Of a stretch of DNA of 56,716 nucleotides, positions 1 to 9,484 are shown piece by piece; within the stretch, counting starts at the first letter, position 1; each line of letters opens with the position of its first letter. A program made the translations under genes and the position numbers. The DNA is from a virus (lineage: Duplodnaviria > Caudoviricetes): positions 1 to 56,716 of IMG/VR virus record IMGVR_UViG_3300010403_000026; one strand, written 5' to 3'. The notes under the pieces are model-generated. The model searched no databases and was not told where the DNA came from. It saw nothing but the letters and a program-made list of their open reading frames with translations.

Positions 1-488
1 GGGTTGACGACCGGGAAGGAACCCGTGAAGTTCCCCAATCCATTCGTCGTGTGGGTGATCTGCGCCACGCTCTCATGGGGAAGGAACATCCGGAAGACGG
101 TGTTGTAGGACTGCATGGCCGACACTGAGGAGGTGAAGACCATCACCTTCTGAGAATCGAGCTGCCCCGTGATGGCCCCGAAGGTGGTCGGGATGTTGAG
201 GTTCGGAAAGGCCGTGAAGTCACAGATGCAGACTCGTGGGAGTCGGACCGGACAGTTCTGGACGCAGAACCACCTTGGAGGATTCCGGATGAGATGTGTC
301 GAACCCCACAGGGCCTCCGTCTGACCGGCCGCGAGGGATTGGAGGTAAGGGGTCCAAGCCACCGGGAAGGAGGTGCGGTCCGATGCTCTTGGAAGTTTCC
401 CCGTCCACGAAAAGTTGGATTGAAGATAGCCGGTGGTTCCCGACCATCCGGTGACACGTCTGGCCGGGAGCTTGAGGGCGGGGTTCAT
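1..488 (-). CDS. Hypothetical late protein, truncated by the window edge (MNPALKLPARRVTGWSG...)
   Basis: Manual translation: ATG at 488 overlaps the upstream TGA (ATGA) and the frame stays open to position 1; absent from the ORF track. Confidence 0.65.
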   Translation of the reverse strand, partial: MNPALKLPARRVTGWSGTTGYLQSNFSWTGKLPRASDRTSFPVAWTPYLQSLAAGQTEALWGSTHLIRNPPRWFCVQNCPVRLPRVCICDFTAFPNLNIPTTFGAITGQLDSQKVMVFTSSVSAMQSYNTVFRMFLPHESVAQITHTTNGLGNFTGSFPVVN

Positions 489-1645
489 TTCAGTCGTTCA
501 CGGAAGAACTTCTTGGCCGCGTAGGGGGCCGTCAGTTCCTCGTTGGACAGGAAGGGATTGATGGTCCTGAAGAACCCACCGATCAACTGGCCGGTTGAAG
601 CCTGCGGATTGAGGTAGTTCTTGTACTCATCCGGTGGGTACATCTGCTGGATCACCTGATTGAGCGCCGCCAAGCGTTCGTTGGTCAGCATCCCCGGCTG
701 GAGCTGCTCGCGCTTGAAGATGCCTTCGAGAGCAGCGTCGATGGGCGGAAGTTTCCCAGACTGGTCGGGGGTTCCGAGAAGCTCCAAAAGCGGACCGAGT
801 TGCCCAACCGGACCCGCAGGCTGAGGCTGTCCCTGCGAGGCCCGGATGCGGGCGTTGCGGATGTCGGTGATGATCTGGGGAAGGTTCTGGGCGATCCCCT
901 GTCCGGTGTTGGCTTTAATCATCGCCTCGGTGTCGCGCTGTGCCAATCCAGAGGGGGAGCGCAAAAAGTCATCGACCCCTTTCTGGTGCTCGAACTTCTG
1001 CTGTTGAAGGCCGAATTCCTTGTTCCGGAGCTGGTTCTCCTGATCGAGCGCCGCCATTCGTTGAAGGAGTCCGGCGCTCTGGTACTGGTTGTGCTGCTGG
1101 GCCTCCGCGAGACGTGCCTGCGAAGCTTGCTCGGAGACGGCGGCATTCAGGTTCGCCAGATAGCGGGCGTTGGCCGAGTGCTCGGATTCGTCCATGTGCC
1201 GCCACGGGGCCTCGACGCGGACGCCGGGATTGTCGGTCTGGACGGGTTCGATGACCTGCTGGGCCATTGGGCCAGCGTCGATGGAAGGTCCGCCAGCCTG
1301 ACCGCTCTTCATCTTGTTGACGAGATTGCCGAAGTATCCCGGTCCTGAAGGCGCAGGCCCCTGACCCATCATGTCCGCGATACCGCTCATGAACCCAAGG
1401 GACTTTTGCGGAGGAGCAACTTCTCGCGGCATCAACGGCAGTTCTTCTACCGGAATCGGACCGCTGCTCCCCATCTCCATGATTGGGCCTCTTCGCCCCT
1501 GCTTCTCCGCAAGGTCCAGCGCCCCCATCTTGGGACGGAAGTTCCCCTGCTGGGCCGCGCCTTCGTCGATGGCGCGCTGCCACCACGGGCGGGAGTCTCC
1601 CTGAACCCCTTGACCCAACATCGCCAAAATCTGCTGAATGGCCAT
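485..1645 (-). CDS. Putative internal virion / DNA ejection protein
   Basis: 386 aa, Q/G/A/M-rich with a coiled-coil segment, downstream of tail genes. Confidence 0.5.
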   Translation of the reverse strand: MAIQQILAMLGQGVQGDSRPWWQRAIDEGAAQQGNFRPKMGALDLAEKQGRRGPIMEMGSSGPIPVEELPLMPREVAPPQKSLGFMSGIADMMGQGPAPSGPGYFGNLVNKMKSGQAGGPSIDAGPMAQQVIEPVQTDNPGVRVEAPWRHMDESEHSANARYLANLNAAVSEQASQARLAEAQQHNQYQSAGLLQRMAALDQENQLRNKEFGLQQQKFEHQKGVDDFLRSPSGLAQRDTEAMIKANTGQGIAQNLPQIITDIRNARIRASQGQPQPAGPVGQLGPLLELLGTPDQSGKLPPIDAALEGIFKREQLQPGMLTNERLAALNQVIQQMYPPDEYKNYLNPQASTGQLIGGFFRTINPFLSNEELTAPYAAKKFFRERLK

Positions 1646-2280
1646 TATCCGAATCCTGCAAGGGCGGAAAGAAGGGCGCTGATCTGATCGGCCTGAATCT
1701 TCCGGGAACCGAGTTCCTGGTCGCTTCTGGCCGTCTGACTCTTGAGAAGCTGGGCGGCATTCCCCTCCGCCGCGCCAAAGCGGATGTTTCGTTCACTCTC
1801 GGCGTTCTGGGCCATCCCCTGTCGGCCGAAGGAGCCTTGCAGAGCCGCTAGAAGAGGGCTGTTGGACCCGAATCCCCTTCCGGACAGGGATTGGGCGGCT
1901 TCGCGTCCCCTGGAGGCCGTGGCGGCGTCCGTGTTGGCCCTGGAGGCGTTGACTTGCTGCTGAACCATCTCCTGGTTCCAGATTGGGCCAGCGGAGATGG
2001 TAGGCAAAGGTCCGCCCGGACCTCCTCCCGTTCCGGAGATCGCCTTCGTGAAGTAGGGGAAAAGGGCCTGGAAGCGCTGCTGTTTCTGGTCCGCGACGTA
2101 TTTCCCAAGAGGCTCGTACTCCAGCCCATCCACGGGACTGCCGTGGCCGAACTTGGTCCTCACGAGTCCCGGAAGAGCGCCGTACCACGCGGAACTGAGG
2201 CTCGACTCCGGGGCGGTCAACGTGTTGGTCATCCACGGGAGCATGGACCCTTGAGCGCCGGGATAGATGTTTTGTGCCAT
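1645..2280 (-). CDS. Putative internal virion / pilot protein
   Basis: 211 aa, G/A/Q/S-rich, 'SLSGRGFGSNS' segment typical of podovirus ejection proteins. Confidence 0.5.
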   Translation of the reverse strand: MAQNIYPGAQGSMLPWMTNTLTAPESSLSSAWYGALPGLVRTKFGHGSPVDGLEYEPLGKYVADQKQQRFQALFPYFTKAISGTGGGPGGPLPTISAGPIWNQEMVQQQVNASRANTDAATASRGREAAQSLSGRGFGSNSPLLAALQGSFGRQGMAQNAESERNIRFGAAEGNAAQLLKSQTARSDQELGSRKIQADQISALLSALAGFG

Positions 2281-2289
2281 TGAATCACC

Positions 2290-2814
2290 CTAGAGCCAAA
2301 CGCTCGCCTGAAAGTAATACTGCGTCCCTACCTGGCTGACCATCGTGAACGTACCGGCCGGGACAGAGTCGGCTGGGTCAATCTGAAGCTGGATGGCGGA
2401 GACTCTGGACGACGGTCCCGGATAGCCCTGTTTATACAAGTCTACTTGGTAGTTGCTTCCCGTGCCAGACACGATGACGCCGATGATCTGTCCCTGGACC
2501 TGCCTCTGGGAGATCAGGTTCGAGAGATCGGACCCATCGGACTCCGACCCGGAGAGCAGGCCAAGGTCGTCGTAGGTCAACTCTTTCGACTGGTCGTTGC
2601 TCTCCAGCGCGAGCAATCCATCCGTCGAGGAAGGCTGAAGGCGGTCGATGATCTTCAGCGGGGGGCGTCCAGTCTGCTTGACGATCTCCAGTCCCCCTTC
2701 GATGCGGACCGGAATATTGGACGTGAAGAGGGCGTAGAGTTCCTTCGCAAGTTCATCAATGCTCTTCCAGTTTGTCCGCATCAGGCGGTTGGAGGCTTCG
2801 CCGAAGAGGCTCAT
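2290..2814 (-). CDS. Hypothetical virion protein
   Basis: 174 aa, coupled to the upstream tail gene. Confidence 0.6.
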   Translation of the reverse strand: MSLFGEASNRLMRTNWKSIDELAKELYALFTSNIPVRIEGGLEIVKQTGRPPLKIIDRLQPSSTDGLLALESNDQSKELTYDDLGLLSGSESDGSDLSNLISQRQVQGQIIGVIVSGTGSNYQVDLYKQGYPGPSSRVSAIQLQIDPADSVPAGTFTMVSQVGTQYYFQASVWL

Positions 2815-5546
2815 TTCTCGACGCCCTCAAGTCCCAATCTGAATATGGTTACTGGGTCCGGACCCGTGACTCCCCGAAGCTCCAGTGTAACGCGCCGGAT
2901 GCCGTCCATTGATTCCTCCCTCCGTCCGGAGAGGGCTTTCTTCGCATACCCGATTCGTTTCGAGAGCGCGACCACCATGTCGGGGTCGCCCCTCTGGGTT
3001 GCGACCTCCATTTCCTGAGCGCCCGTCTGGTCGATCCCCATGTTCTCCGGGTCTTCATCCTGATCGACGAATCTTCGCATGTCGAACGTCATGTCGGACT
3101 TGGTGGGGATGAACGACACGTCGAAGCTCCTCTGCTGGTCGGCTTCGCTCATAGCCAGTTGGTGCGACCCTCCTGACCACACCCACGGGACGCCCCCGAT
3201 CTGGTACTTGGAGGTGTCGTCCGGAACGATCATCCACGGCCACGAGAAGGTGAGCTTCGTTGAAGTCCTCGCGGAAACGATCCGCGTCTGTCCCTTCCCT
3301 CTGCCGGAGGTGATCGTCACCGGAAGTCCGATGGTATCCGCGAGGAAAGAGGCGCTTGAGTCCGTGAGGGACGAGAATCCACCGGAGGTCGCGGTCCCAC
3401 GCTCCGATCCCCCGGTCGCGCCGTCCAGTTGCCCAACCCAATAGGCGAGCACTTCACGGAACTGTGAGCCAAGGTAGCACTGCTCAGTTCCGGACCCCCA
3501 TCCTCCCGATTGGGGGCCGATGCGCCCCACGCAGGAAGCTCCCACGGGGACTTTGAATTCCTCGATCCACCAGCGCTTCTTCAGGTACGAGAAGCACAGC
3601 GCATGACGAGGGAGGTAGTCCCCGGAGAGAGCGACGAACCACCGGATTACCCCCTGAGTCTGGTAGTGCAAGCAGTGGAAGAATCTCTGCGAGGACCAGT
3701 TGATCTGGTGAAGGGAATTCGGGTCGGAGCGGAAGACGCTCTGGATCGCATCCGAGACCGCCCCTCCACCTTCACCGCCGTCGAACAAGTGAACCCCCTG
3801 CTCATCCAGCATGTAGACCCCATCGTCCGTGATCGCCCAACACCTGTTGTTGATGCAGCCACGGAGTTTCGCCATGTAGACCACCCCGTCTCTTGCAGGG
3901 TTGGTCTGGAAGGTCAGACGGTGGATGTGCCGCCTTTCGAGGAGGAACACGAAGGAGCGGTACGAGAACCCTCCCGTGAAGTCGTCACCGTCTTCTTCGA
4001 TGGAAAGCCCGTTCGTGACCGGGACGGCTTCCGCGAGTCCGGCCTCCGAGTAGTAGCAGATGCGGCGCTCCGCAGGGGCAGGACGGATGGAGTAGAAGGA
4101 ATAAGTGGAAGTCGCGCCACCGTAGGCTTCCGTCAGCGTCAGCGTTGACCCAGAAGCGCTCGCGATCTCGTAGGGCTTGGGAGCGCCGTCGATGTAGATG
4201 AAGCGATTCGCGAACGTAACGGGCCAACTGGCGTTGATGGCCGTGACGGTCGTGGACCCGTTCGTGACCGCGACGTTTCCTTCCGAGTAGGGGACTTCCC
4301 CGAAGTAGAACATCCGGTCCTGATGGGCGACCGGGAAGCATTTCCAGTTCGGGGGGACGGTGTAGATGTTGACAATATCGTTCCCCTCCACGTCGAAGAA
4401 GGGGACCGCTTCCTGCGCGGACAATTGGGAGTCCGAACGGGTCGAAGTGGCCGTAGTCGTCAACAAAGAAGTCGTGTCCACATCCACGTAGAAGGTCGTC
4501 GCCTGCCCATCGGTGTTCCGGAGAATCTGCCTTCTGACTACTTTGGGTTCGACGGGAACAGGGAAGCCCGTGTAGGTGATCGTCAGACACCCGGAGGTCC
4601 AGATCGCATTGGGGCTTGGCGAAAAGGCGAAGATTCCCGAAGAGCCATTGAGGTTGAAGCGATTCTGGTCCAGAACCGTGACTTCCCACGTCCCGTTGGC
4701 GTCCTCGTTCCCCAGGACTCCGGAGACCTTGACGATCAGGCCCGTCGTCAGCCCGTGTCCGTTGGACGTGATGGTGATCGGGGTCGTGGGAGAAGCATCG
4801 GTGATAATCCCCGTCGTCCCCGTGGTGATGATTCCGCCGCTGACGTAGTTGGCGTTTCCACCGCTCGTCTGGTTGATGGCGAACGTCGTCCCCGAAGGGA
4901 CGGTGAGGACAGTCCACGTTCCGTTGGCGTCCGTGTTCCCCACGACCCCCGTGATGACCACCGTGGCCCCGACGTTGATGAGGTGAGCGACCGCCGTCGT
5001 GATCGTGATCGGAATCTGGAGCTTCCACGTCGCTGAATTGTTGACGTAGACGCCGTTGCTCGTTGAACCGTTGAGCCTGAACTGGGTGGCGGTGACGACC
5101 GTGATCGTCCACGTCCCGTTCATCGCCGTGTCCCCAAGAGCGCCCGTGATCTTCAGAATGTCGTTCGTGGCCCTTCCATGAGGGGTGGCCGTATTGCAGA
5201 CGATGGGGGTTCCACCCGCCCCGGTCGGAGAGGAGAGGACGGTCCCGGAAGCTGAGTTGGAGGCGTTCGTGACCTGAATGGTCCTCCCCCCACGGGCGTC
5301 GAGCTGAGCCGACACGGGGGAGAGGTTGGAGAAGTTGCCGAAGCGGTCAACGAATCTGGAGTACGCGAAGTAGCTGCCGATGATGTTCCCGATCCCGGAA
5401 CCACTCATCGTCAGCGCCGTCAGTGGAGGAAGAACGCCAGCCGGTTCAGCTTGCGCTGACTGCCCGTCCCACCTGAGCGAATTTTCTATTCCATTGCAAA
5501 TAAGAAGGATATTTGATCCCGGCTCTAACGCAAAATTATCAGGCAT
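2811..5546 (-). CDS. Large tail protein (tail tubular B / stabilisation-like) with three FCCH-like beta repeats
   Basis: ~911 aa; repeats of the form PITIT..HG..TG..V.I.GV.G...ANGTW.V; start ATG 5546 (or GTG 5555) overlaps the HNH stop. Confidence 0.7.
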   Translation of the reverse strand: MPDNFALEPGSNILLICNGIENSLRWDGQSAQAEPAGVLPPLTALTMSGSGIGNIIGSYFAYSRFVDRFGNFSNLSPVSAQLDARGGRTIQVTNASNSASGTVLSSPTGAGGTPIVCNTATPHGRATNDILKITGALGDTAMNGTWTITVVTATQFRLNGSTSNGVYVNNSATWKLQIPITITTAVAHLINVGATVVITGVVGNTDANGTWTVLTVPSGTTFAINQTSGGNANYVSGGIITTGTTGIITDASPTTPITITSNGHGLTTGLIVKVSGVLGNEDANGTWEVTVLDQNRFNLNGSSGIFAFSPSPNAIWTSGCLTITYTGFPVPVEPKVVRRQILRNTDGQATTFYVDVDTTSLLTTTATSTRSDSQLSAQEAVPFFDVEGNDIVNIYTVPPNWKCFPVAHQDRMFYFGEVPYSEGNVAVTNGSTTVTAINASWPVTFANRFIYIDGAPKPYEIASASGSTLTLTEAYGGATSTYSFYSIRPAPAERRICYYSEAGLAEAVPVTNGLSIEEDGDDFTGGFSYRSFVFLLERRHIHRLTFQTNPARDGVVYMAKLRGCINNRCWAITDDGVYMLDEQGVHLFDGGEGGGAVSDAIQSVFRSDPNSLHQINWSSQRFFHCLHYQTQGVIRWFVALSGDYLPRHALCFSYLKKRWWIEEFKVPVGASCVGRIGPQSGGWGSGTEQCYLGSQFREVLAYWVGQLDGATGGSERGTATSGGFSSLTDSSASFLADTIGLPVTITSGRGKGQTRIVSARTSTKLTFSWPWMIVPDDTSKYQIGGVPWVWSGGSHQLAMSEADQQRSFDVSFIPTKSDMTFDMRRFVDQDEDPENMGIDQTGAQEMEVATQRGDPDMVVALSKRIGYAKKALSGRREESMDGIRRVTLELRGVTGPDPVTIFRLGLEGVEK

Positions 5547-6174
5547 TTTGGCCACGAATCTTTCTGGGCGGCTTGGTTAGCGCATCTTCAACGCTCCATC
5601 CACGGTCAAGCCTTTTAACAACCATCAAGCTATTCACCCTCATCCTCTCAGCGAACATCGAAACGCATCCTCGCTCACCACGAAACTCAATGATCCGATT
5701 AGACCTTGTGTTCCTAGCTTGCTCTTTTGGAGTCGCCCACCGGCAGTTGTCAGGCTCGTAGTTTCCATTATTGTCGATTCGGTCAATCGAATGAACGCTA
5801 GAAGGCATCGGCCCCATATCGTCATAGAAGTTTTGGAAAACAAGCCATCGCTCACAAACCGTGATTCCTCTGCCTCCATAACGTGGCCACGATGGGGAGT
5901 TGGGGTTTAAGCACCGCGATTTCATCGCATTCCAAGAGTAGTATTCCTTTTGGCCGTACATGCCGTGCGTTGTCGGAATTTCTCTTTGTCTTTCTCGGTG
6001 GAGGCATCCGCAGCTTCTTGTTTTTGAAAGAAGAAGAACTTCTTTTTCGGTTCCGCAGGCGCACCGACAAAGCCAATAAATTCGGTGCTTCCCGCTGTGA
6101 AATGCTTTTCTTGCGATTCTGAGAACTGTTAACCTTCCAACAACGTCACCTGTCCGGTCGATAAATCTGCCCAT
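5539..6174 (-). CDS. HNH homing endonuclease (cassette 1)
   Basis: [44 protein letters not shown] motifs; AT-rich; probable start MGRFID at 6174. Confidence 0.85.
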   Translation of the reverse strand: MGRFIDRTGDVVGRLTVLRIARKAFHSGKHRIYWLCRCACGTEKEVLLLSKTRSCGCLHRERQREIPTTHGMYGQKEYYSWNAMKSRCLNPNSPSWPRYGGRGITVCERWLVFQNFYDDMGPMPSSVHSIDRIDNNGNYEPDNCRWATPKEQARNTRSNRIIEFRGERGCVSMFAERMRVNSLMVVKRLDRGWSVEDALTKPPRKIRGQNA

Positions 6175-6280
6175 GTTGTGTACCTTGGCGGGCCAACCCG
6201 AACAGCCGCGAGGCGGTACACTGCCAAGCGGCCATTCGGATTTTCGATGGATCATGACTTCCACCGTTCCCAATTGGATT

Positions 6281-6346
6281 TTACGAAATGCCGTTGCAGA
6301 TGAGCAGGATGTTGGACCCGGATTCAAGCGCGAAATTATCGGGGAT
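6281..6346 (-). pseudogene. Stranded original N-terminus of the large tail gene ([21 protein letters not shown])
   Basis: 18/20 aa identical to the N-terminus encoded at 5487-5546; preceded by GGAGGT. Confidence 0.85.
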
Positions 6347-6349
6347 ACG

Positions 6350-7012
6350 TCACCTCCCGTACCGGCCTTCGGCGATCTGAGCGGAGATGCGACTGGTGTC
6401 TCGCTGAACGACGCCGACGAAGGTTTGCGTCTTGGCGAAATCGTTGGCTGATCGCACTGAGGACTGGGAGAAAATGACGGTCTCGCACCCGTCTTCGACC
6501 GGGCCGCTGTAGTACACGGTGATTTCGCAAAAATCCACCCACGCCTCAACGGGGTCGGTGCCGCTGTTTTCAAGAACGAGCAGGAGCGAACCGAAGTCGT
6601 CGCTGTTCACGACATCGACATCAATCGACGGTTCGCTCCAGAGGTCGGAGGAATTTCCGTAGACATAGGTCGTCTGAGTCGTGGTCCAGATTGCCGGGTC
6701 AGCGCCAATCGACCCCGCTACGGAGACTCCCGGACCAATAGTCAGAAAGACCCCTTGATCCTTTACTTCCCCGGCCTCGGTGTTTTTCCGCCTCGTCCAT
6801 GCGATTTCGACTCCACGGATCATCGACCCGTCAGGAATCTCGAAGCCGAAGGCGCGTGCCTCAAGGTAATTCGTCTGATCGGACGCCACCATGTCCGCAA
6901 CGGCGTAGTTGTGGTCGTCGGAAAGGATGTTGGACGTGTTGGTCCAGTCAACGGTCCCTCCACCGGCAGGCTCGTTGTCGGCAAACGTCGGCGAAGAGGT
7001 GACAGATGCCAC
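6350..7012 (-). CDS. Virion-associated protein (acidic, beta-rich)
   Basis: 220 aa, GTG start, in tail cluster. Confidence 0.6.
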   Translation of the reverse strand: MASVTSSPTFADNEPAGGGTVDWTNTSNILSDDHNYAVADMVASDQTNYLEARAFGFEIPDGSMIRGVEIAWTRRKNTEAGEVKDQGVFLTIGPGVSVAGSIGADPAIWTTTQTTYVYGNSSDLWSEPSIDVDVVNSDDFGSLLLVLENSGTDPVEAWVDFCEITVYYSGPVEDGCETVIFSQSSVRSANDFAKTQTFVGVVQRDTSRISAQIAEGRYGR

Positions 7013-7016
7013 TGCG

Positions 7017-7169
7017 TCACTCGATGGTCAGGTAGGGGCGAGTGTCCGAATTGATTCCCGTTACAGGGACTTGGCTCTGATCCAATAGTTGGACTCTGGC
7101 ATCCATCGCCAGTTGCTCAGGAGTCAAAAGAGCCTGAAGCTTGTCGATCAATTCCTGCCATGTGAACAT
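7017..7169 (-). CDS. Small hypothetical protein (MFTWQELIDKLQALL...)
   Basis: GAGGA Shine-Dalgarno before ATG 7169; fills the gap between neighbours. Confidence 0.5.
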   Translation of the reverse strand: MFTWQELIDKLQALLTPEQLAMDARVQLLDQSQVPVTGINSDTRPYLTIE

Positions 7170-7177
7170 CGTCATCC

Positions 7178-7663
7178 TCATTGAAGGGTGTTGGTGTACG
7201 TGGTCTGGAGCACCTGACCGGATTCCAAGGTTCGTGGGGTCGAGAATGCCCCCGTGGCCCACAGGGTTCCGACCGCCCCGCCCTTCGTCGAGTCCGAGGC
7301 GAGGAACTGGCCGTAGACCACGTTCCCGTTCGTGACGTTGGTGAAACTGCAAACCGTTGGGTTCGTCACCGACCCGCTGGCCGAAGACCCCGGCGTCCAC
7401 GTCTGCCTTACTGACTCCGAGTAGTCGGTGAACTCGCTCCACCCCGTATGGGAACCCATCGTGTCGTCGGCGGAGAGGGCGGAAAACCCTGAGTTGTTAA
7501 TCAGCCCAAGAAACCACGGCGTCAACTGCGACGTGCCGCCCAAGGCCACGTCGTTCATGTAGTTCAACCCAACCGTCGTGGCCCCGTTGGGGAACTTTTC
7601 TTCCCAGGCGAGTGAGCCATCGGGGTTGTAGCATCGGGTCGTGAAGTAGCCGTTTTGCTTCAT
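7178..7663 (-). CDS. Tail fibre-associated structural protein
   Basis: 161 aa; GLNYM..WFLGLI..DTMGSH.GW.E pattern common in phage tail modules. Confidence 0.6.
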   Translation of the reverse strand: MKQNGYFTTRCYNPDGSLAWEEKFPNGATTVGLNYMNDVALGGTSQLTPWFLGLINNSGFSALSADDTMGSHTGWSEFTDYSESVRQTWTPGSSASGSVTNPTVCSFTNVTNGNVVYGQFLASDSTKGGAVGTLWATGAFSTPRTLESGQVLQTTYTNTLQ

Positions 7664-8097
7664 GACACACTCGGATTTTTCAGGCGGAACAACTTACCGG
7701 AGTCAGCTTGGGACACCAAAAACCTCGCATGGGGAAGTTCGTGCTGCGTCATGGCGATGATGGACCCGTCCACGTTCCCTCCGGGGATCACCGCCCACCT
7801 TGAGAACTTGACCCCCAGATACGTCCCATTCGTCCAGCGCATGACGGCCTCGTAGTAGCCGGTCGTGAACCTTCCGTCGAGAAAGAGCTTGAGGCAGAAC
7901 CTCCCAGTGGCGGTGCCGTCGTCCTTCGGCATCTTGAGTCCGCCGACCACGAGGTTCGTGTTCTTCCACACGTCGAGGATGGGGGGAGAACTCGGCCAGG
8001 AGATTGTGCCGTTTTCACTCGCAATGCACGCCACCGAAAGTGAAAGCTCCTGACCGAGTTGTTTCCTCCCCAACCAGTCGGATAGTGAATCGACCAT
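7660..8097 (-). CDS. Hypothetical virion protein
   Basis: 145 aa, coupled to neighbours. Confidence 0.55.
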   Translation of the reverse strand: MVDSLSDWLGRKQLGQELSLSVACIASENGTISWPSSPPILDVWKNTNLVVGGLKMPKDDGTATGRFCLKLFLDGRFTTGYYEAVMRWTNGTYLGVKFSRWAVIPGGNVDGSIIAMTQHELPHARFLVSQADSGKLFRLKNPSVS

Positions 8098-8098
8098 G

Positions 8099-8605
8099 CT
8101 ACACCACGCAAACGGAGAACGTCTGTACGTAGGCCGTGCCGCTGATCGCGTAGCTCAGATGCACGCTGTAGTTCTGCCCCGCGTCGAGTCCTTTAGCGGC
8201 CGAGCATTCGAGGGCCATGTTGTAGAACCCCGTGACCGTGAATGCCCCACCAGCCGTGTAGACCCCACCGGCTGAAACTGCGACCGAGAAGGTGTTGTCG
8301 TCGATCCGAGTGACGACCCAGGTTCCGTTGACCCCCGTCGAGCCTCCCACGCCGGAGATCGTGACCCTCATCCCGGTTTGAAGCCCGTGGGAATTGCAGG
8401 TGATGACCGCTGGATTGGTGTTTGTGACCCCGGTGATGACCCCGGTGTGCTTGTTCGTCACCGTCCCACCGGCGTTCGCGAGCAGCCCGGAGGCCCCGTA
8501 GACTCTCCACGTAGGAAGGGCGTCCGCTGCCGTGGGGGTGTCGCCGACCCGTGTCTGCACTCCGGCGTTCAGGGTGTCGTCGAGTTCTACCAGACCTAGA
8601 AACAC
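8099..8605 (-). CDS. Virion protein with one FCCH-like repeat
   Basis: PAVITCNSHGLQTGMRVTISGVGGSTGVNGTWVVTRID matches the repeat in 2811-5546. Confidence 0.7.
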   Translation of the reverse strand: MFLGLVELDDTLNAGVQTRVGDTPTAADALPTWRVYGASGLLANAGGTVTNKHTGVITGVTNTNPAVITCNSHGLQTGMRVTISGVGGSTGVNGTWVVTRIDDNTFSVAVSAGGVYTAGGAFTVTGFYNMALECSAAKGLDAGQNYSVHLSYAISGTAYVQTFSVCVV

Positions 8606-8606
8606 G

Positions 8607-8786
8607 TCATCCGTCCTCGAATGAAACTCTCTTGTAGCCCTTTCTGGTGCTCATCTGCCCCAGCACGCAACTGACGATGTTGACCTGATTGTCCGCCGTT
8701 CCATCCGGAATGTCCTCGGAGTCGTAGTCGTCAAGAAGGCCTGGGAAATCACGTATGTCCAGCCGTGTTTCAGCAGGTGAAGCCAT
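8607..8786 (-). CDS. 59-aa protein resembling the N-terminal segment of tail stabilisation proteins
   Basis: Manual translation MASPAETRLDIRDFPGLLDDYDSEDIPDGTADNQVNIVSCVLGQMSTRKGYKRVSFEDG; fills the gap exactly. Confidence 0.65.
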   Translation of the reverse strand: MASPAETRLDIRDFPGLLDDYDSEDIPDGTADNQVNIVSCVLGQMSTRKGYKRVSFEDG

Positions 8787-8789
8787 AGG

Positions 8790-9446
8790 TCACGTCGAGG
8801 GAAACATATCGCCCGATGGCACGGAAAGGGCCTCTTCGAGAGGCCATCCGTTTCTCAGTCTTGCGCCAAGGGTCCCTTGCTTTATTCCAAGCCGCTCAGC
8901 CCATTCGGCAAGGCAGGCTGTTTGACCCATAAAAGTAATCATTTTGTTGCTGCGTCGGTTTCGACAGTTATCTTTTCTCGTTATCCACTGACAATTTTCT
9001 GGCGTGTAGTCTCCGCCGTTGTCCTTCCGGTCTATCTCGTGGTCTTCCGTTGGAGGCTTACCCATGTCGGCTAGGAAATTTTGAAATCCAGTTCCCTTCT
9101 CCAGCCACCGATCACAGACCTTGATTCCTCGACCGCCGTAATTCTCATAATACTTCTGCGCTGGGTAGTAGCACCTTTTCCTCATCGACAGCCATATTTT
9201 GTAAATTCGCGAACTAGACATTCCGTGGGTTTTTGTTGGCCCTATTCCAACGGCGGCGCACCCGCAACTTTTTGAATGTCCGCTCCGAAGGTTACAGGTT
9301 CCAATTACTCTCTCGGTTCCACAGTCGCATCGACAAAGCCATTGAGAAATCTTCGCCTTTCTTTTGCCGACCTCTTTTATGCCAGCCAAACAAATAACTG
9401 TCCAAAGACCAAATCTCAGTCCGGCGATGTTTTTTAGTCTGCTCAT
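8790..9446 (-). CDS. HNH homing endonuclease (cassette 2), paralogue of 5539-6174
   Basis: WLCRCDCG, SCGC, YGGRGIKVCDRW, IDRKDNGGDYTPENCQW; start MSRLKN at 9446. Confidence 0.85.
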   Translation of the reverse strand: MSRLKNIAGLRFGLWTVICLAGIKEVGKRKAKISQWLCRCDCGTERVIGTCNLRSGHSKSCGCAAVGIGPTKTHGMSSSRIYKIWLSMRKRCYYPAQKYYENYGGRGIKVCDRWLEKGTGFQNFLADMGKPPTEDHEIDRKDNGGDYTPENCQWITRKDNCRNRRSNKMITFMGQTACLAEWAERLGIKQGTLGARLRNGWPLEEALSVPSGDMFPST

Positions 9447-9453
9447 GCCGCTT

Positions 9454-9482
9454 ATTGTAAGCGAAATTAGCAGAGGTGCCAA
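9454..9482 (-). promoter_or_regulatory. Sigma70-type promoter for HNH 2 (predicted leaderless mRNA)
   Basis: TTGGCA-17 nt-TACAAT, then 7 nt to ATG. Confidence 0.7.
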
Positions 9483-9484
9483 CA

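Noticed and set aside
6281-6352. Stop-codon reassignment, because frames continue past TGA 6350 and TAG 32868
   Set aside because: TGA and TAG both end many tightly packed genes here; the 6350 continuation is the stub, and 32868 is more simply a nonsense mutation
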